From an uncultured Verrucomicrobiota bacterium (GTDB taxonomy: Bacteria > Verrucomicrobiota > Kiritimatiellia > CAIKKV01 > CAITUY01), in contig CAZTAJ010000003.1 of the NCBI GenBank assembly GCA_964611575.1, forward strand, positions 15,360 to 79,359: a stretch of 64,000 nucleotides of DNA. Reading direction: 5' to 3'. The notes beneath the pieces were generated by a model. It searched no databases and was not told where the DNA came from. It was given only the letters and a program-made list of their open reading frames with translations. Both the position numbers and the translations under genes were made by a program. Position 1 is the first letter of the stretch. Every line of letters starts with the position of its first letter. Positions 21,434-31,125 of the stretch are shown here, in pieces.

Positions 21434-22639
21434 GGACACCCACTTCCTCTCGCTATCTGCGTCAATGTGCGTGTAGATCGCATTCACCTCCACGCTGGAA
21501 TGGCCCATGATGGAGCGGGCAATGGCCTCGGGGCAACCTTGCTGCTTCAAGATGGAGACGAAATTGTAGCGCAGGGAATGAAAGTCGATCTCGGACTTAT
21601 GAAGTTTTGCCGGATGCTCGGACATGTATTCCACGCCTGTCCTTTCTGCTTGCCGCTTCGCCCTCCTTCTCTTCACGTAGCGCCGGTTTATGTCGTATCG
21701 GTTGTCCTTCCTTAAGCTGGCTCTGACAAGCGCCTTACGAAACGCCTCGCTTGCCCTGTGATGACTCTTGTAGAAAGTCGGAAAAACCGGACCACCAAGA
21801 CTCTTGACCCGGGCATCAATATGAGGTGAGAGCGTACTGTGGGTGTCAGGTAACTCAGTCGCTCTCAATTCGTAGGCAGACTGTAGTTCATCCAACAGAC
21901 GCGGATGGACGGCAATCTCCATGTGCTTGCCACGCCGCTTGCTCATTCGCCACCGAATGACTCGGTTCTGGAAGTCAACATTTGACCACGTGAGGCACAC
22001 AATGTCGCTTAACCTCAGCGCCCCGGCATAGAGGCCAATGGTGGCAAGCAGTCTGACATGGCCAGTAAGCGACACGAACAAATCACGAAGCTCTGTCTCA
22101 GTGAACGGACGACGTACGGATGGAGATTCGGGAAGGATGGGAATCCCAACTGTGACATCCTGAAGAGCGAAGCCATCACGCACCGCAGATCGGAAGACGC
22201 TTCGGAGCCGGCGCAGATAGCCGTTGTGCGTGCGGGCGTTGAAACGGTCAGCGACGTGATCGAGAAAGCACCGAAGCATGTTCCGGTCAAGTTGGGATAT
22301 GGTCGTAGCATGAGGAAAGTTATGCCTGAGCCAATCAACAAACCTCTTGTCACGGGAGCAATACAACTCTCTCGTCCTTTCCGCCACGTGTTTGCGACGG
22401 CTCTCAAAAATGACTTCGACAGCAATTGGACGTATGGTTTCAGACTCGATCGCTCGCGCCAGTTTCTGCGATACGGTGCCGGTCTCGGCTTGCTGTACAA
22501 GAACAAGTTCAACTTCGCGAAGTTGAAGCTGCGCCTTCCCCTCGTCGTCAGTACCTGTTGATTTACGGACTTGTTTCCCGCCGATGCTATAGCGGATCCA
22601 CCAGTTATCAGAACCGGGTTGTTTGAACAGTGTAGCCAT
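21356..22639 (-). CDS. Tyrosine recombinase / phage-type integrase
   Basis: Catalytic set ALRLSD (R), FHSLR (HxxR), MGH (H), IYTH (Y); N-terminal arm-binding-like WWIRY region. Confidence 0.92.
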   Translation of the reverse strand: MATLFKQPGSDNWWIRYSIGGKQVRKSTGTDDEGKAQLQLREVELVLVQQAETGTVSQKLARAIESETIRPIAVEVIFESRRKHVAERTRELYCSRDKRFVDWLRHNFPHATTISQLDRNMLRCFLDHVADRFNARTHNGYLRRLRSVFRSAVRDGFALQDVTVGIPILPESPSVRRPFTETELRDLFVSLTGHVRLLATIGLYAGALRLSDIVCLTWSNVDFQNRVIRWRMSKRRGKHMEIAVHPRLLDELQSAYELRATELPDTHSTLSPHIDARVKSLGGPVFPTFYKSHHRASEAFRKALVRASLRKDNRYDINRRYVKRRRAKRQAERTGVEYMSEHPAKLHKSEIDFHSLRYNFVSILKQQGCPEAIARSIMGHSSVEVNAIYTHIDADSERKWVSSLPDVLDRSNPPADVIQQSSNGTVR

Positions 22640-22796
22640 GTCGTGCGCCCTTCTGGTGTCTCCTGGCCATCTCTGAACCTGATGGTCCGTTTGCTGAACA
22701 ATTTAGCATAGTTCAGCATAGCAAGGAAAGCCAAAACGGCAGACAAATGCACTATTTTGCTACATTTGGCCACTTATTTGTTGATTAAGCGTGGAT

Positions 22797-22843
22797 ACAT
22801 CCAGCGTGTAAAGCTGGCGCTCTGCCAATTGAGCTAACCGCCC
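22797..22843 (-). pseudogene. 5' fragment of tRNA-Val(TAC); T arm and acceptor 3' strand absent (probable att site)
   Basis: Minus strand GGGCGGT TA GCTC AATTGGCA GAGC G CCAGC TTTACAC GCTGG ATGT has intact D and anticodon arms with TAC. It is followed by ATCCACGCTTAATC with no GTTC T-loop and no ACCGCCC. Confidence 0.85.
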
Positions 22844-22910
22844 GTCGGAAGGATCAGGGCAGGCATGATGAGGGATGGGTGGCGGGCATTCAAGGCAGAA
22901 TCGGCCGCCA

Positions 22911-24125
22911 TCAGACCGATGGCCGCCGCAGTCCCCCGCGCAAACCCCATACGCCCAGGAACAGAGCCGCCACCAGGGCCGCACCCGCGCAAACCAGCAA
23001 CGGCGCCATCCCGCTGCCCGTCTTGTCCCATAACCAGCCCGTGAACAGGCTGGCCACAATCAGCAGCACCCCCTCAACCATCCCCCAGAATCCAAACGCC
23101 GTGCCCCGCTGCCCTTCCGGAACGAGATCCGCAATCACCGCCTTCCCCGCCCCCTCAGTCAACCCGTAGAAGCAGCCGTAGGCCACAAACAACGCCCAGA
23201 CACTCCACGCCGGCCGGCTGAAGGCAAAGCCCACATAGACCAGCGCATACACCCCCCACCCCGCCACCAGCACCGGCAGCCGGCCAATGCGGTCGGACAA
23301 CTTGCCGCCCCAGACCGAGGTGCCGGTCTTGATCAGGTGCAACAACGCCCATAGCAACGGCAACAACGCGATGCGCACCCCCATGTCCTGCGCGCGCAGC
23401 AACAGGAACGCATCGCTCGAATTGGCGATGGCAAACAGGGACGCCGCCGCCACATAGAGAAAGTATTCGCGCGGCAACTGGCCCACACCCGCAAACGGGT
23501 TGCGCACGGGCTTGGGCGCCACCACACGATCCTCCCGGTCGCGGACAAAGAAGACGATCGTGAGCACCGACAGCACCCCCGGAATGAAGGCCCACAGAAT
23601 CGCCTTGCGCATGGCCGGCAGGTCGCTGCCCAGCCAGTACAGCAGGCCAAACCCGATCAACCCGCCCACCATCGCGCCGGCATGATCCATCCCGCGTTGA
23701 AATCCGAACGCATGCCCGCGCATCGACTTGTCCGAGAAGTCCGCCACCAAGGCATCCCGCGGCGCCGTGCGGATGCCTTTCCCGATCCGGTCAAGCACCC
23801 GCACGACCAGCACGAACACGGACCCCCGCGCGAAGGCTACGAGGGGCTTGAACAGGGTGGATAACGTGTAACCGGCCAGGACCAGCCACTTGCGGTTGCG
23901 AACCCGGTCGGCCAGCGAGCCGGCGAAAAGTTTGATGATCGCCGGTAATCCCTCGGCGATCCCCTCAATGGCCCCGATCATCGCCCGCGACGCGCCAAGC
24001 TGCATGAGGAAGGCGGGCATGATCGGATACAGGATCTCGCTGCCCATATCCGTGAAGAAACTGACAAAGCCGGTGGCTTTCACCACACGGTGCAGACGGG
24101 GGCGGGCGGTAGTGTCGGTGGTCAT
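22911..24125 (-). CDS. MFS transporter
   Basis: About 12 hydrophobic segments; GSLADRVRNRK and GKLSDRIGR MFS motif A repeats. Confidence 0.92.
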   Translation of the reverse strand: MTTDTTARPRLHRVVKATGFVSFFTDMGSEILYPIMPAFLMQLGASRAMIGAIEGIAEGLPAIIKLFAGSLADRVRNRKWLVLAGYTLSTLFKPLVAFARGSVFVLVVRVLDRIGKGIRTAPRDALVADFSDKSMRGHAFGFQRGMDHAGAMVGGLIGFGLLYWLGSDLPAMRKAILWAFIPGVLSVLTIVFFVRDREDRVVAPKPVRNPFAGVGQLPREYFLYVAAASLFAIANSSDAFLLLRAQDMGVRIALLPLLWALLHLIKTGTSVWGGKLSDRIGRLPVLVAGWGVYALVYVGFAFSRPAWSVWALFVAYGCFYGLTEGAGKAVIADLVPEGQRGTAFGFWGMVEGVLLIVASLFTGWLWDKTGSGMAPLLVCAGAALVAALFLGVWGLRGGLRRPSV

Positions 24126-24204
24126 GTTTGCTGAGTGTTCGGTGTTCAGTGTTCGGGGGAAATTGTGCCCTCACCCCATGTCCCGGCCCGGGCCCGGCCG
24201 GTTC

Positions 24205-25416
24205 TCACTCCATGAGCCGGTCCGCCATGCGTTCCGCTTCATTGGCCGGTGCATGGCCATCCTTAACCCACAGCTCCGACAGCAACTCGCGGGCATCCTT
24301 TCCTGGATGCTCGCGTTGCAGCAGCGCCAGGGCGGCTTTCGCCCCTCGCGCATAGCGCTCAGGCTCGATCCCCGCCTCCAGCACGCGCCTCATCGTTCCC
24401 ACCAGCCGGTCGTCCCATCCGAGTTTCCGACGCGGATCGCGGATGATGCGATCGACACGGTCACGCAGGTAGGGATTGACCATGCGGATCATCAGGTCGT
24501 CGACATACGCGCGATACCCGGCCTCGGTGAACAGGGCATCGATCCCGCGATGCCGCGCCCGCATGGCGCCGCCGGACTCGATCAGGAAGGCATCGCGCAC
24601 CAGACGCATCAGGGACTCGTCGCCGGCCGCATCGGACATGTATGCCAGGCCGCGCTCGTGGGCCAGGTAGCCCAACAGGGCATGCGTGGCGTTGTGCCCG
24701 TACAGTTTCGCCTCCTCGAAGGGCAACAGATCGTCCTTCTCCGCCAGCACGGTCAGCCCCCGCTGGAATCCGGGCAGCGTGATGCGGCTGATCAGGATGC
24801 GGTTGAACGCCTCGACCAGGATCGTCTTCGGCATGTCCGGCGTCATCGGCACAAGTTTCACGGCGCCGCCCTCGGCCGGCGTCGCCAGCACCTGGCTCAT
24901 CTTCCCGATGACTGTGTTCAGGAACTGGACATGAGGACTCAAGTCCGTGCCGCCCGCATGCGCCTGGACCTTGGCCTGGAGAATTTCCGCCGCGTGGTTG
25001 TGGTTCTCGGCGGCGTAGACGACGCAGGCCGGTCCGCCACGGCGCGCCTTGAGCATCAGTCCTTCGGCCAGCACGCGCGCCACCGAGGCCGCGCCGCGGT
25101 CGAAGAACTCCACGCTGGGCAGGGCCGTGGCGAGTTCCTGCGCCCCGGCCACCGCCTCCACCAGCGCCTGCCTGTCCGCCGGCGTCATGGGATTGAGCAT
25201 TTCCACACCCGCCACGTCGTGCTGCTCGACACCGCCGGCGGTTGCCACATTGAGGGCGTAGCGTCCCCCCGCCCGACGCAGGCCTTCAACCGTCTCCGCG
25301 ACGACCTCCGCCACGACAAAGCGTGTGAATGCCCCGGAGCGGGCCGCCTCATAGAGGAACAGGCCGCTTTGGATGGGACCAAACCCGAACCCGACAAATG
25401 TGCGTGTGTTGTCCAT
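24205..25416 (-). CDS. Mannitol dehydrogenase-family (long-chain polyol) oxidoreductase
   Basis: FVGFGFGPIQSG Rossmann-like motif, YAAEN, NTVIGKM, KLYGHNATH (KxxxxNxxH), PRRKLGWDDRL; start after an AAGGA RBS. Confidence 0.8.
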   Translation of the reverse strand: MDNTRTFVGFGFGPIQSGLFLYEAARSGAFTRFVVAEVVAETVEGLRRAGGRYALNVATAGGVEQHDVAGVEMLNPMTPADRQALVEAVAGAQELATALPSVEFFDRGAASVARVLAEGLMLKARRGGPACVVYAAENHNHAAEILQAKVQAHAGGTDLSPHVQFLNTVIGKMSQVLATPAEGGAVKLVPMTPDMPKTILVEAFNRILISRITLPGFQRGLTVLAEKDDLLPFEEAKLYGHNATHALLGYLAHERGLAYMSDAAGDESLMRLVRDAFLIESGGAMRARHRGIDALFTEAGYRAYVDDLMIRMVNPYLRDRVDRIIRDPRRKLGWDDRLVGTMRRVLEAGIEPERYARGAKAALALLQREHPGKDARELLSELWVKDGHAPANEAERMADRLME

Positions 25417-25441
25417 GGTTCCTTCGCGTTGCTCAGTCACA

Positions 25442-25505
25442 AGGGTTCAGGGTTCAGGGTTCAACGAGTTGATGCTGCATCCGTCTTCCTGACACCTGAA
25501 ACCTG
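25442..25505. repeat. Inverted heptamer arrays: (AGGGTTC)3 ... CCTGACA CCTGAAA CCTG
   Basis: Read directly, between pfkB and the dehydrogenase gene. Confidence 0.8.
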
Positions 25506-25541
25506 GTTTTCTCGACCGTCCACAACTCCATCAGGCCAGCA

Positions 25542-26735
25542 TCACCCGCCCGTCCCATCATCCGGCCCGCGCCAGGCGCCTGACGCGAGTCGCACCCAAC
25601 CGGCCCCCGGTGATTCATCGTTGAATCGGGGCCAGCCTGCGGCCTGCCGGGCGGCGACAGCCGTCCACGACGGAACGCCGCTGGTGGCGTCAGCCTGTTC
25701 GACACTGCAGGCGCCCACGGCCACCGCCGCGTTGACGGCCTGTTCCGGCGTCATACCCGCCTGCACGGCCATCAGGAACCCGGCGATCGTACAGTCGCCC
25801 GACCCCGTGGTGCCCACCACCTGTGCCTGGTAGCACGGCGCCAGCAGCCGCCGGCCGAGCCAATCGGGACCCACGCTCCCGCGCCCCATGGCCGCCAGCC
25901 GCTGCCGCGAACGCGTGGTGGCCAGGTAGAAGCCGCGATCGCCCAGCTTGAGACCCACGACCGCCGCGCCCCAGTCGAACAGGCGGCCGGCCAGCGTGTC
26001 CAGCAACGCCGGGTCCGCGCCGGCCACGATCCGCGCGCCGTGCCGGGCCTCGATCTGCTCATAGTGCCGCCGGTCGAGCATGAAGAGCATCTCATCGAAA
26101 CTGGGCAGGAACACATCCACCTGGGGCAGCACCCGCTCCAGCAGCGCCGGCCAGTCGACCCGCCCGGCGGGCGAATCGGGATCCGGTCGCGCCATGTCCA
26201 GCGACGTGGTGACGCCCGCTGCCTTCACGCGCCTGAGCAGCGTTTCCAGTTCCGCGCCGCCTTGCTCGTACATGCGCCGCATGAGCGGCGGGTAACCGAA
26301 ATGCAGGAGTTTCAAATCGCGCAACGCGGCGGCATCGATGTCCTCCGGACCGAAGCTGTCGTTGGCGCCGGGGCAGTGCAGGAACACGCGATCGGTGCCG
26401 GGCGGACTGATCACCACGGTGTAGGAGGTCGGCTCCCGGCCGACGACCAGTCCCGCCGCCAGGCCGGGCCCCGCCTGTTCGAGCAGCCCGCGCACCACGG
26501 CGCCGAGGTGATCGGACCCGGTCTTTCCCATCAGCCGCACGGGCACGCCGAGCCGGTGCAGCGCCAGGCCGGTATTGGAGACCGCGCCGCCGGTGGCCAG
26601 CACGGCGGCGCCCACATCGATCAGTTTGCCGGGAATCAGGAACCGGTCGAGAGGCGTCGCCCCCGTGCCATGAATGGTCGGAATGATGTCGAGACAGATA
26701 TGGCCGGCCACGGCCACGGCAGGATGTGCAGTCAT
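25542..26735 (-). CDS. PfkB-family carbohydrate kinase
   Basis: VAGHICLD, GGAVSNTG, GTTGSGDCTIAGF anion-hole motif. Confidence 0.9.
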   Translation of the reverse strand: MTAHPAVAVAGHICLDIIPTIHGTGATPLDRFLIPGKLIDVGAAVLATGGAVSNTGLALHRLGVPVRLMGKTGSDHLGAVVRGLLEQAGPGLAAGLVVGREPTSYTVVISPPGTDRVFLHCPGANDSFGPEDIDAAALRDLKLLHFGYPPLMRRMYEQGGAELETLLRRVKAAGVTTSLDMARPDPDSPAGRVDWPALLERVLPQVDVFLPSFDEMLFMLDRRHYEQIEARHGARIVAGADPALLDTLAGRLFDWGAAVVGLKLGDRGFYLATTRSRQRLAAMGRGSVGPDWLGRRLLAPCYQAQVVGTTGSGDCTIAGFLMAVQAGMTPEQAVNAAVAVGACSVEQADATSGVPSWTAVAARQAAGWPRFNDESPGAGWVRLASGAWRGPDDGTGG

Positions 26736-26782
26736 AAAGACCTCGCTCGGAAACGGGCCGCACTATGCCACAGCCCCCAAGG

Positions 26783-27205
26783 TCAAGTCGAGCCGATTGG
26801 CGGCGATTCCATGAGCATCCGGGCCATGGAGGTGGCGGAGAGCACGTCACGGATCGACAGCACACTCATGAGCTTCCCACGGTGGACCACCGGCAGGTGG
26901 CGGATGCCGTGCTTCATCATGAGCCCGGCGCAATCGTCCACCGGTTGGTCGGGACGGACCTTGACGATGCGCCGGCTCATGATCGTCCGGACGGGCGTCT
27001 CTTTCGAGGTGCGCCCCTTGAGGATGACCTTGCGGGCGTAATCGCGCTCGGAAACAATGCCCAGCAACCGGCCGTTCTCAACCACCATCAAGGCACCAAC
27101 GTCCGCCGCTTCCATGCGCCGGATGGCCTCAAACACGGTCTCGTCCGGCCCGATGGTGTGGCACGCGCCGCCGATCCGGGTCAACAGGTCATGAATGGTT
27201 TCCAT
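26783..27205 (-). CDS. CBS domain pair protein
   Basis: GIVSERD, IRHLPVV, LSIRD tandem CBS motifs. Confidence 0.92.
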   Translation of the reverse strand: METIHDLLTRIGGACHTIGPDETVFEAIRRMEAADVGALMVVENGRLLGIVSERDYARKVILKGRTSKETPVRTIMSRRIVKVRPDQPVDDCAGLMMKHGIRHLPVVHRGKLMSVLSIRDVLSATSMARMLMESPPIGST

Positions 27206-27216
27206 GATTACGAATC

Positions 27217-27438
27217 CAGAATTCAGTAGTCAGTAGTCAGAAGTCAGATGTCAGAATTCAGAATTCAGAAGCAAACCACACCAGCGGCTACCTGACCGGC
27301 CACGGTGCGCGTCCCCGCATAGCGCGAATTCAAATGACGTCTTTGATCTGACTTCCGTCTCCTGACTTCTGACTTCTGTCTCCTGACATCTGACCTCTGC
27401 CCTCTGCCCTCTGATCTCTGTCCTCTGTCCTCTGCCCT
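27217..27438. repeat. Inverted heptamer arrays: about 8 (CAGnnnT) units and about 13 (CTGnnnn) units
   Basis: CAGAATT CAGTAGT CAGTAGT CAGAAGT... at 27217-27272 and CTGACTT...CTGCCCT at 27348-27438, abutting the hypB stop. Confidence 0.9.
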
Positions 27439-28199
27439 CACCCCGCAAGCTTCTCGAGATACTCGATCCAGGCATCCATGCCCTGGCCGGTCTTGGCGCT
27501 CAATTCGAACACATACACGCCGGGCCGGATTCGCCGCAGGGACTCGCGGCACAGGCTCAGGCTCCAGTCCAGATGCGGCGCCAGGTCCATCTTCGTGAGC
27601 ACCACCACCGGCGCCTGGCTGAAGAGCGTGGGATACTTGACCGGCTTGTCCTCCCCCTCGGTCGTGGAGAGCAGCGCCACCTTGAACGTCTCGCCCAGGT
27701 CGAACGCCGCCGGGCACACGAGATTGCCCACGTTTTCGATGAACAGGAGCTTGACCCCCGCTCCCGCCACCTCGGGCAGCAACTCGCCCACCCGCCTGGC
27801 ATCGAGATGGCACGCGTTTCGGGTTTCGATCTGCCGCACCTCGGCCCCCTTGCCTATCAGGCGCCGTGCATCGTTGTCCGTCCGCTGGTCACCCGTGATG
27901 ACCGCGCACGCCACCCGCCCTCTCAGGCGTTCCAGCGTACGTTCGAGTAAATAGGTTTTGCCGGAGCCGGGCGACGAGATGAGGTTGATCGCGACGATCC
28001 CCCGGGCATTCAGCCAGGACCGATTCTCCTCGGCCTGGGCGTCGTTCTCCGAAAGCACCTTGCGCTCCAGCGTCAGCGTCCGCCGCGTGGGCGTCCCGTG
28101 ATCGTGATCGTGGGGATGATCGTGATCATGGGTGTGCCCAACGCCATGTACATGATCATGATCGTGATCGACATCGCCGCAACCGCAGTCTTTACACAT
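27438..28199 (-). CDS. hypB: Hydrogenase nickel incorporation GTPase HypB
   Basis: MCKDCGC plus His-rich N-terminus, SPGSGKT, ENVGNLVCPAAFDLGE, KYP. Confidence 0.96.
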   Translation of the reverse strand: MCKDCGCGDVDHDHDHVHGVGHTHDHDHPHDHDHGTPTRRTLTLERKVLSENDAQAEENRSWLNARGIVAINLISSPGSGKTYLLERTLERLRGRVACAVITGDQRTDNDARRLIGKGAEVRQIETRNACHLDARRVGELLPEVAGAGVKLLFIENVGNLVCPAAFDLGETFKVALLSTTEGEDKPVKYPTLFSQAPVVVLTKMDLAPHLDWSLSLCRESLRRIRPGVYVFELSAKTGQGMDAWIEYLEKLAG

Positions 28200-28263
28200 G
28201 GTCAGTTTCCCCTCTTCAATCACGGACCGACGATTCCGAAGCGCGATCAAGCGCATCCACTCA

Positions 28264-28313
28264 GGGAGGGACGGCGTGTCGCCGTCCGCGGCGCGCAACA
28301 GGCGCGCCCTCCC
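28264..28313. repeat. 50-bp REP/MITE-like palindromic element, copy 1
   Basis: GGGAGGG...CCCTCCC ends with two internal hairpins; reverse complement is 49/50 identical to 51337-51386. Confidence 0.85.
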
Positions 28314-28366
28314 CTGCGGGAACGGGCAGCAGCCCGTTACTCCAACTTAACGGGTCCTGGCTGAAT

Positions 28367-28738
28367 TCACGGTTCTTCATGCGCCTCTCCCGTCTCCGTT
28401 TCGATCTCGGCGGATCGGATGTAAAGCTCGCGGCCTGCCTCAATCTCGACCTCATGGCTCCCGCAGGCCGCACAGTAAACAAACGGCGCATCCGGGACGG
28501 ACACGTCTCCACAGGCCTTGCACCGCACCGAAGCGGCCACGGACTCCACCTCCAATGCCGACCCCGCGAGCAGGGTTTCTTCCGACGCCAACGGAAACAC
28601 CATGCGAAGCGCTTCGGGATCGACTCCCGAAAGGGCTCCGACCACCACCCGGATCGACAGGACCCGCGTCGCGCCCTGCGCCTTCGCGGCGGCCCCCACC
28701 TGGTCGATCAGCGCCTGGGCTATGGAGAGTTCGTGCAT
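28367..28738 (-). CDS. hypA: Hydrogenase maturation nickel metallochaperone HypA
   Basis: MHELSIA, CKAC/CAAC zinc site, GRELYI. Confidence 0.96.
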   Translation of the reverse strand: MHELSIAQALIDQVGAAAKAQGATRVLSIRVVVGALSGVDPEALRMVFPLASEETLLAGSALEVESVAASVRCKACGDVSVPDAPFVYCAACGSHEVEIEAGRELYIRSAEIETETGEAHEEP

Positions 28739-28755
28739 CGCAGACTCAGGTGGGG

Positions 28756-29005
28756 AGGGTTCGGGGTTCAGGGTTCAGGGTGGCCACCGGCTTGTGGACC
28801 CTATGGATCGGGACAGGGAGAACGAACGCCCAACCCCGCGGGACGCGGGGCAAGCACATATCCCGCCGGAGGCGGGAACCAACGTCTAACGCCGTACGTC
28901 CAAGGGGGAAGTTGCCGCTTTGAGCGTTGGTTGTTGGATGTTGAACGTTGGGCGTTGAGGCTATCTTCTCAGCCCTGAACCCTGAACCCTGAACCCTGAA
29001 CCCTG
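28756..29005. repeat. Composite element: (AGGGTTC)n arm, internal hairpins and (TTGnnnG)n array, (CCCTGAA)4 arm
   Basis: Arms at 28756-28780 and 28973-29005; 7-bp-period TTG array at about 28920-28960. Confidence 0.85.
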
Positions 29006-29020
29006 CGTATTCGCCGTGCA

Positions 29021-30031
29021 TCAGCAGATCCTCGGCAGCAGTTCGCCGCGCGGCACGTCAACCAGGCGCCGGCCGCCCGTAACCGTCTCCAGCCACACCC
29101 GCCCGCCCTGGCGAACGACGCTCCCGATACAGGCGGCACCGCGGCCCTCCTCCATTCCGTGCCAGCAGTGCAGGATGGCCTCCGACACCGATGGCGCGCA
29201 CACCAGCACCATCCGCCCCTCGGAGGCCACGTGCAGCGGGTCGAGCCCCAGCATGTCCGACACGGCCCGCACGGCCGGCGACAACGGGATCGCCGTCTCG
29301 TGCAGCAGAATGCCCAGGGGACGCTCCTCCACGACTTCATTCAGCACAGCCGCCAGCCCCCCGCGCGTCGGGTCGCGCATGAACCGCACGCCGGCCGCCA
29401 GCGGTTCGATGGCCTGGACCAGGCGATGGACCGGCCCCGTGTCGCTGACCGGCCCCTGCGTAATCCCGATCGCCTGCCGCGCCGCCATGACCGCCATGCC
29501 GTGTTCCGCCAGCGGCCCGCTGACCAGCACGCAATCGCCCTCGACGATCCGGTCGGCTCCCAGCGTAAACGCCTCGATCCGCTCGCCGATGCCGGCCGTG
29601 TTGATGTAGAGGCCGTCACATTGCCCGTGCGCCACAACCTTCGTATCGCCGGTGACCACAGCCACCCCGCACGCCGTCGCCGCATCACGCACGGCATCGA
29701 GCACGCGGCGCAGCACATCGAGCGGCAACCCTTCCTCCAGGATCAGCGCGAGCGACAACCAGCGCGGCACGCTGCCGCACACGGCCAGGTCGTTCACCGT
29801 GCCATGCACCGCGAGATCGCCGATGGTGCCGCCGGGAAACTCAAGCGGCTGCACCACGAAACTGTCGGTCGTAAACACGAAGGTGCGACCGCGCGGCACA
29901 GGCAGGGTGGCGCCGTCGGGCAGGCCCCGCAACGGACCGTCGCCAAACCGGCTCACAATCTCGCGCTGGATCAGCTCGCGCGAAAGCCGCCCGCCGCCCC
30001 CATGCGCCAGTTGGATGGTTTCAGTGTTCAT
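29021..30031 (-). CDS. hypE: Hydrogenase expression/formation protein HypE
   Basis: AHGGGG, TTDSFVV, TVNDLA, GDTKVV, MRDPTRGG, C-terminal PRIC; ATGA overlap with hypD. Confidence 0.96.
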   Translation of the reverse strand: MNTETIQLAHGGGGRLSRELIQREIVSRFGDGPLRGLPDGATLPVPRGRTFVFTTDSFVVQPLEFPGGTIGDLAVHGTVNDLAVCGSVPRWLSLALILEEGLPLDVLRRVLDAVRDAATACGVAVVTGDTKVVAHGQCDGLYINTAGIGERIEAFTLGADRIVEGDCVLVSGPLAEHGMAVMAARQAIGITQGPVSDTGPVHRLVQAIEPLAAGVRFMRDPTRGGLAAVLNEVVEERPLGILLHETAIPLSPAVRAVSDMLGLDPLHVASEGRMVLVCAPSVSEAILHCWHGMEEGRGAACIGSVVRQGGRVWLETVTGGRRLVDVPRGELLPRIC

Positions 30032-31125
30032 TCCATGTACTTGAAATACGCCGAGCACGTCCCCTCGGAACTCACCATGCAGGGGCCCACGGGACGATCC
30101 GGCGTGCAGGCGGTCCCGAACAGCGGGCACTCCGGCGGACGCAGTTTTCCCTTGAGCACGTCACCGCAGCGGCAGGCGGGGTTCTCACGCCCCAGCGCCA
30201 CGGTCACGCCGTGCCGACGTTCGGCGTCATACCCGGCCACCGCCTCGCGCAGTCCCAGCCCGCTGGCCGGGATCGTGCCGATTCCCCGCCAGGCCGCGTC
30301 GACCGGTTCCAGGTAACGCGCCATTAACTCCTGCGCGCGGGCGTTGCCACACTGGGTCACGACCCGCGCATACCGGTTATCCACACGCGCCTCGCCCACG
30401 GCAACCTGCTGCAGAATGCCCTCAACGCCGTAGAGAATGTCCAGCGGCTCAAACCCGGCAATCACGCACGGCACGCGGTAGTGTTCCACAAAGGGGAGGT
30501 AGGCGTCAGCCCCTATAATGGCGCTGACATGGGCGGGGCACAGGAACGCATCGATGCGAATCTCGGGATCAGCCAGCAGGGCATGCAGCGCCGGGGGCAC
30601 GAGTTTGAAGGCCGTAAGCAACGAGACGTTGCGCAAGCCGCGTTGCAGGGTGGTGTCGAGCATGCTGATCACCGGCGCGATGGTGGTCTCGAAGCCGATG
30701 GCCAGGAAGACGACCTCGGTGGCGGGCTCCGCCGCCGCCAGCTCGATCGCGCGGGCCGGGCTGTAACACACCTCGATCCGGCCGCCCTTCGAGCGACAGG
30801 CGGCCAGCGTCGTCTCCGAGCCCGGGACGTTCAACATGTCGCCAAACGTCACGACCAAGATGCCGCGGCCGGCAAGTTCGACGGCGGCATCGACATATTG
30901 CGTGGGCGTGACACAGACGGGGCAGCCCGGCCCGCTGATCAGCGTCACGCACCCGGGCAGGACCTGGCGGATGCCGTAACGCGCAATGGCCATGGTATGG
31001 CTGCCGCACACCTCCATGATGGCCACCCGGCGCCCGGCCGCCGTCAACGTCCGGCCGACCTCATCGAGGCGCACACGAATTGCCGCAGCGGCCGCCGGAT
31101 TTCTGAAGCCTTCGATGTATTTCAT
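30028..31125 (-). CDS. hypD: Hydrogenase formation protein HypD
   Basis: MEVCGSHT, GPGCPVC, GFETT, PVGPCMVSSEGTC. Confidence 0.96.
   Translation of the reverse strand: MKYIEGFRNPAAAAAIRVRLDEVGRTLTAAGRRVAIMEVCGSHTMAIARYGIRQVLPGCVTLISGPGCPVCVTPTQYVDAAVELAGRGILVVTFGDMLNVPGSETTLAACRSKGGRIEVCYSPARAIELAAAEPATEVVFLAIGFETTIAPVISMLDTTLQRGLRNVSLLTAFKLVPPALHALLADPEIRIDAFLCPAHVSAIIGADAYLPFVEHYRVPCVIAGFEPLDILYGVEGILQQVAVGEARVDNRYARVVTQCGNARAQELMARYLEPVDAAWRGIGTIPASGLGLREAVAGYDAERRHGVTVALGRENPACRCGDVLKGKLRPPECPLFGTACTPDRPVGPCMVSSEGTCSAYFKYME

Larger units (their letters stand above)
1..22796. mobile_element. Integrative genomic (defence) island, right end; left boundary outside the window
   Basis: Tyrosine integrase lies directly beside a truncated tRNA-Val. 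Cargo is defence-type genes. Base composition looks less GC-rich than the genes right of 22.9 kb (by eye, not computed). Confidence 0.85.

Noticed and set aside
22797-22843. Intron-containing or complete tRNA-Val
   Set aside because: The break is in the variable loop rather than the anticodon loop, and no T arm or acceptor 3' strand was seen downstream within the window.
23890-25833. 647-aa plus-strand ORF, and similar long antisense ORFs (31591-33480, 37780-39219, 48829-50604, 55713-57356)
   Set aside because: They mirror well-supported minus-strand genes; long stop-free antisense frames are expected in high-GC coding DNA.
27217-27438. Possible CRISPR array
   Set aside because: Period is 7 bp with no unique spacers, and there are no cas genes in the window.
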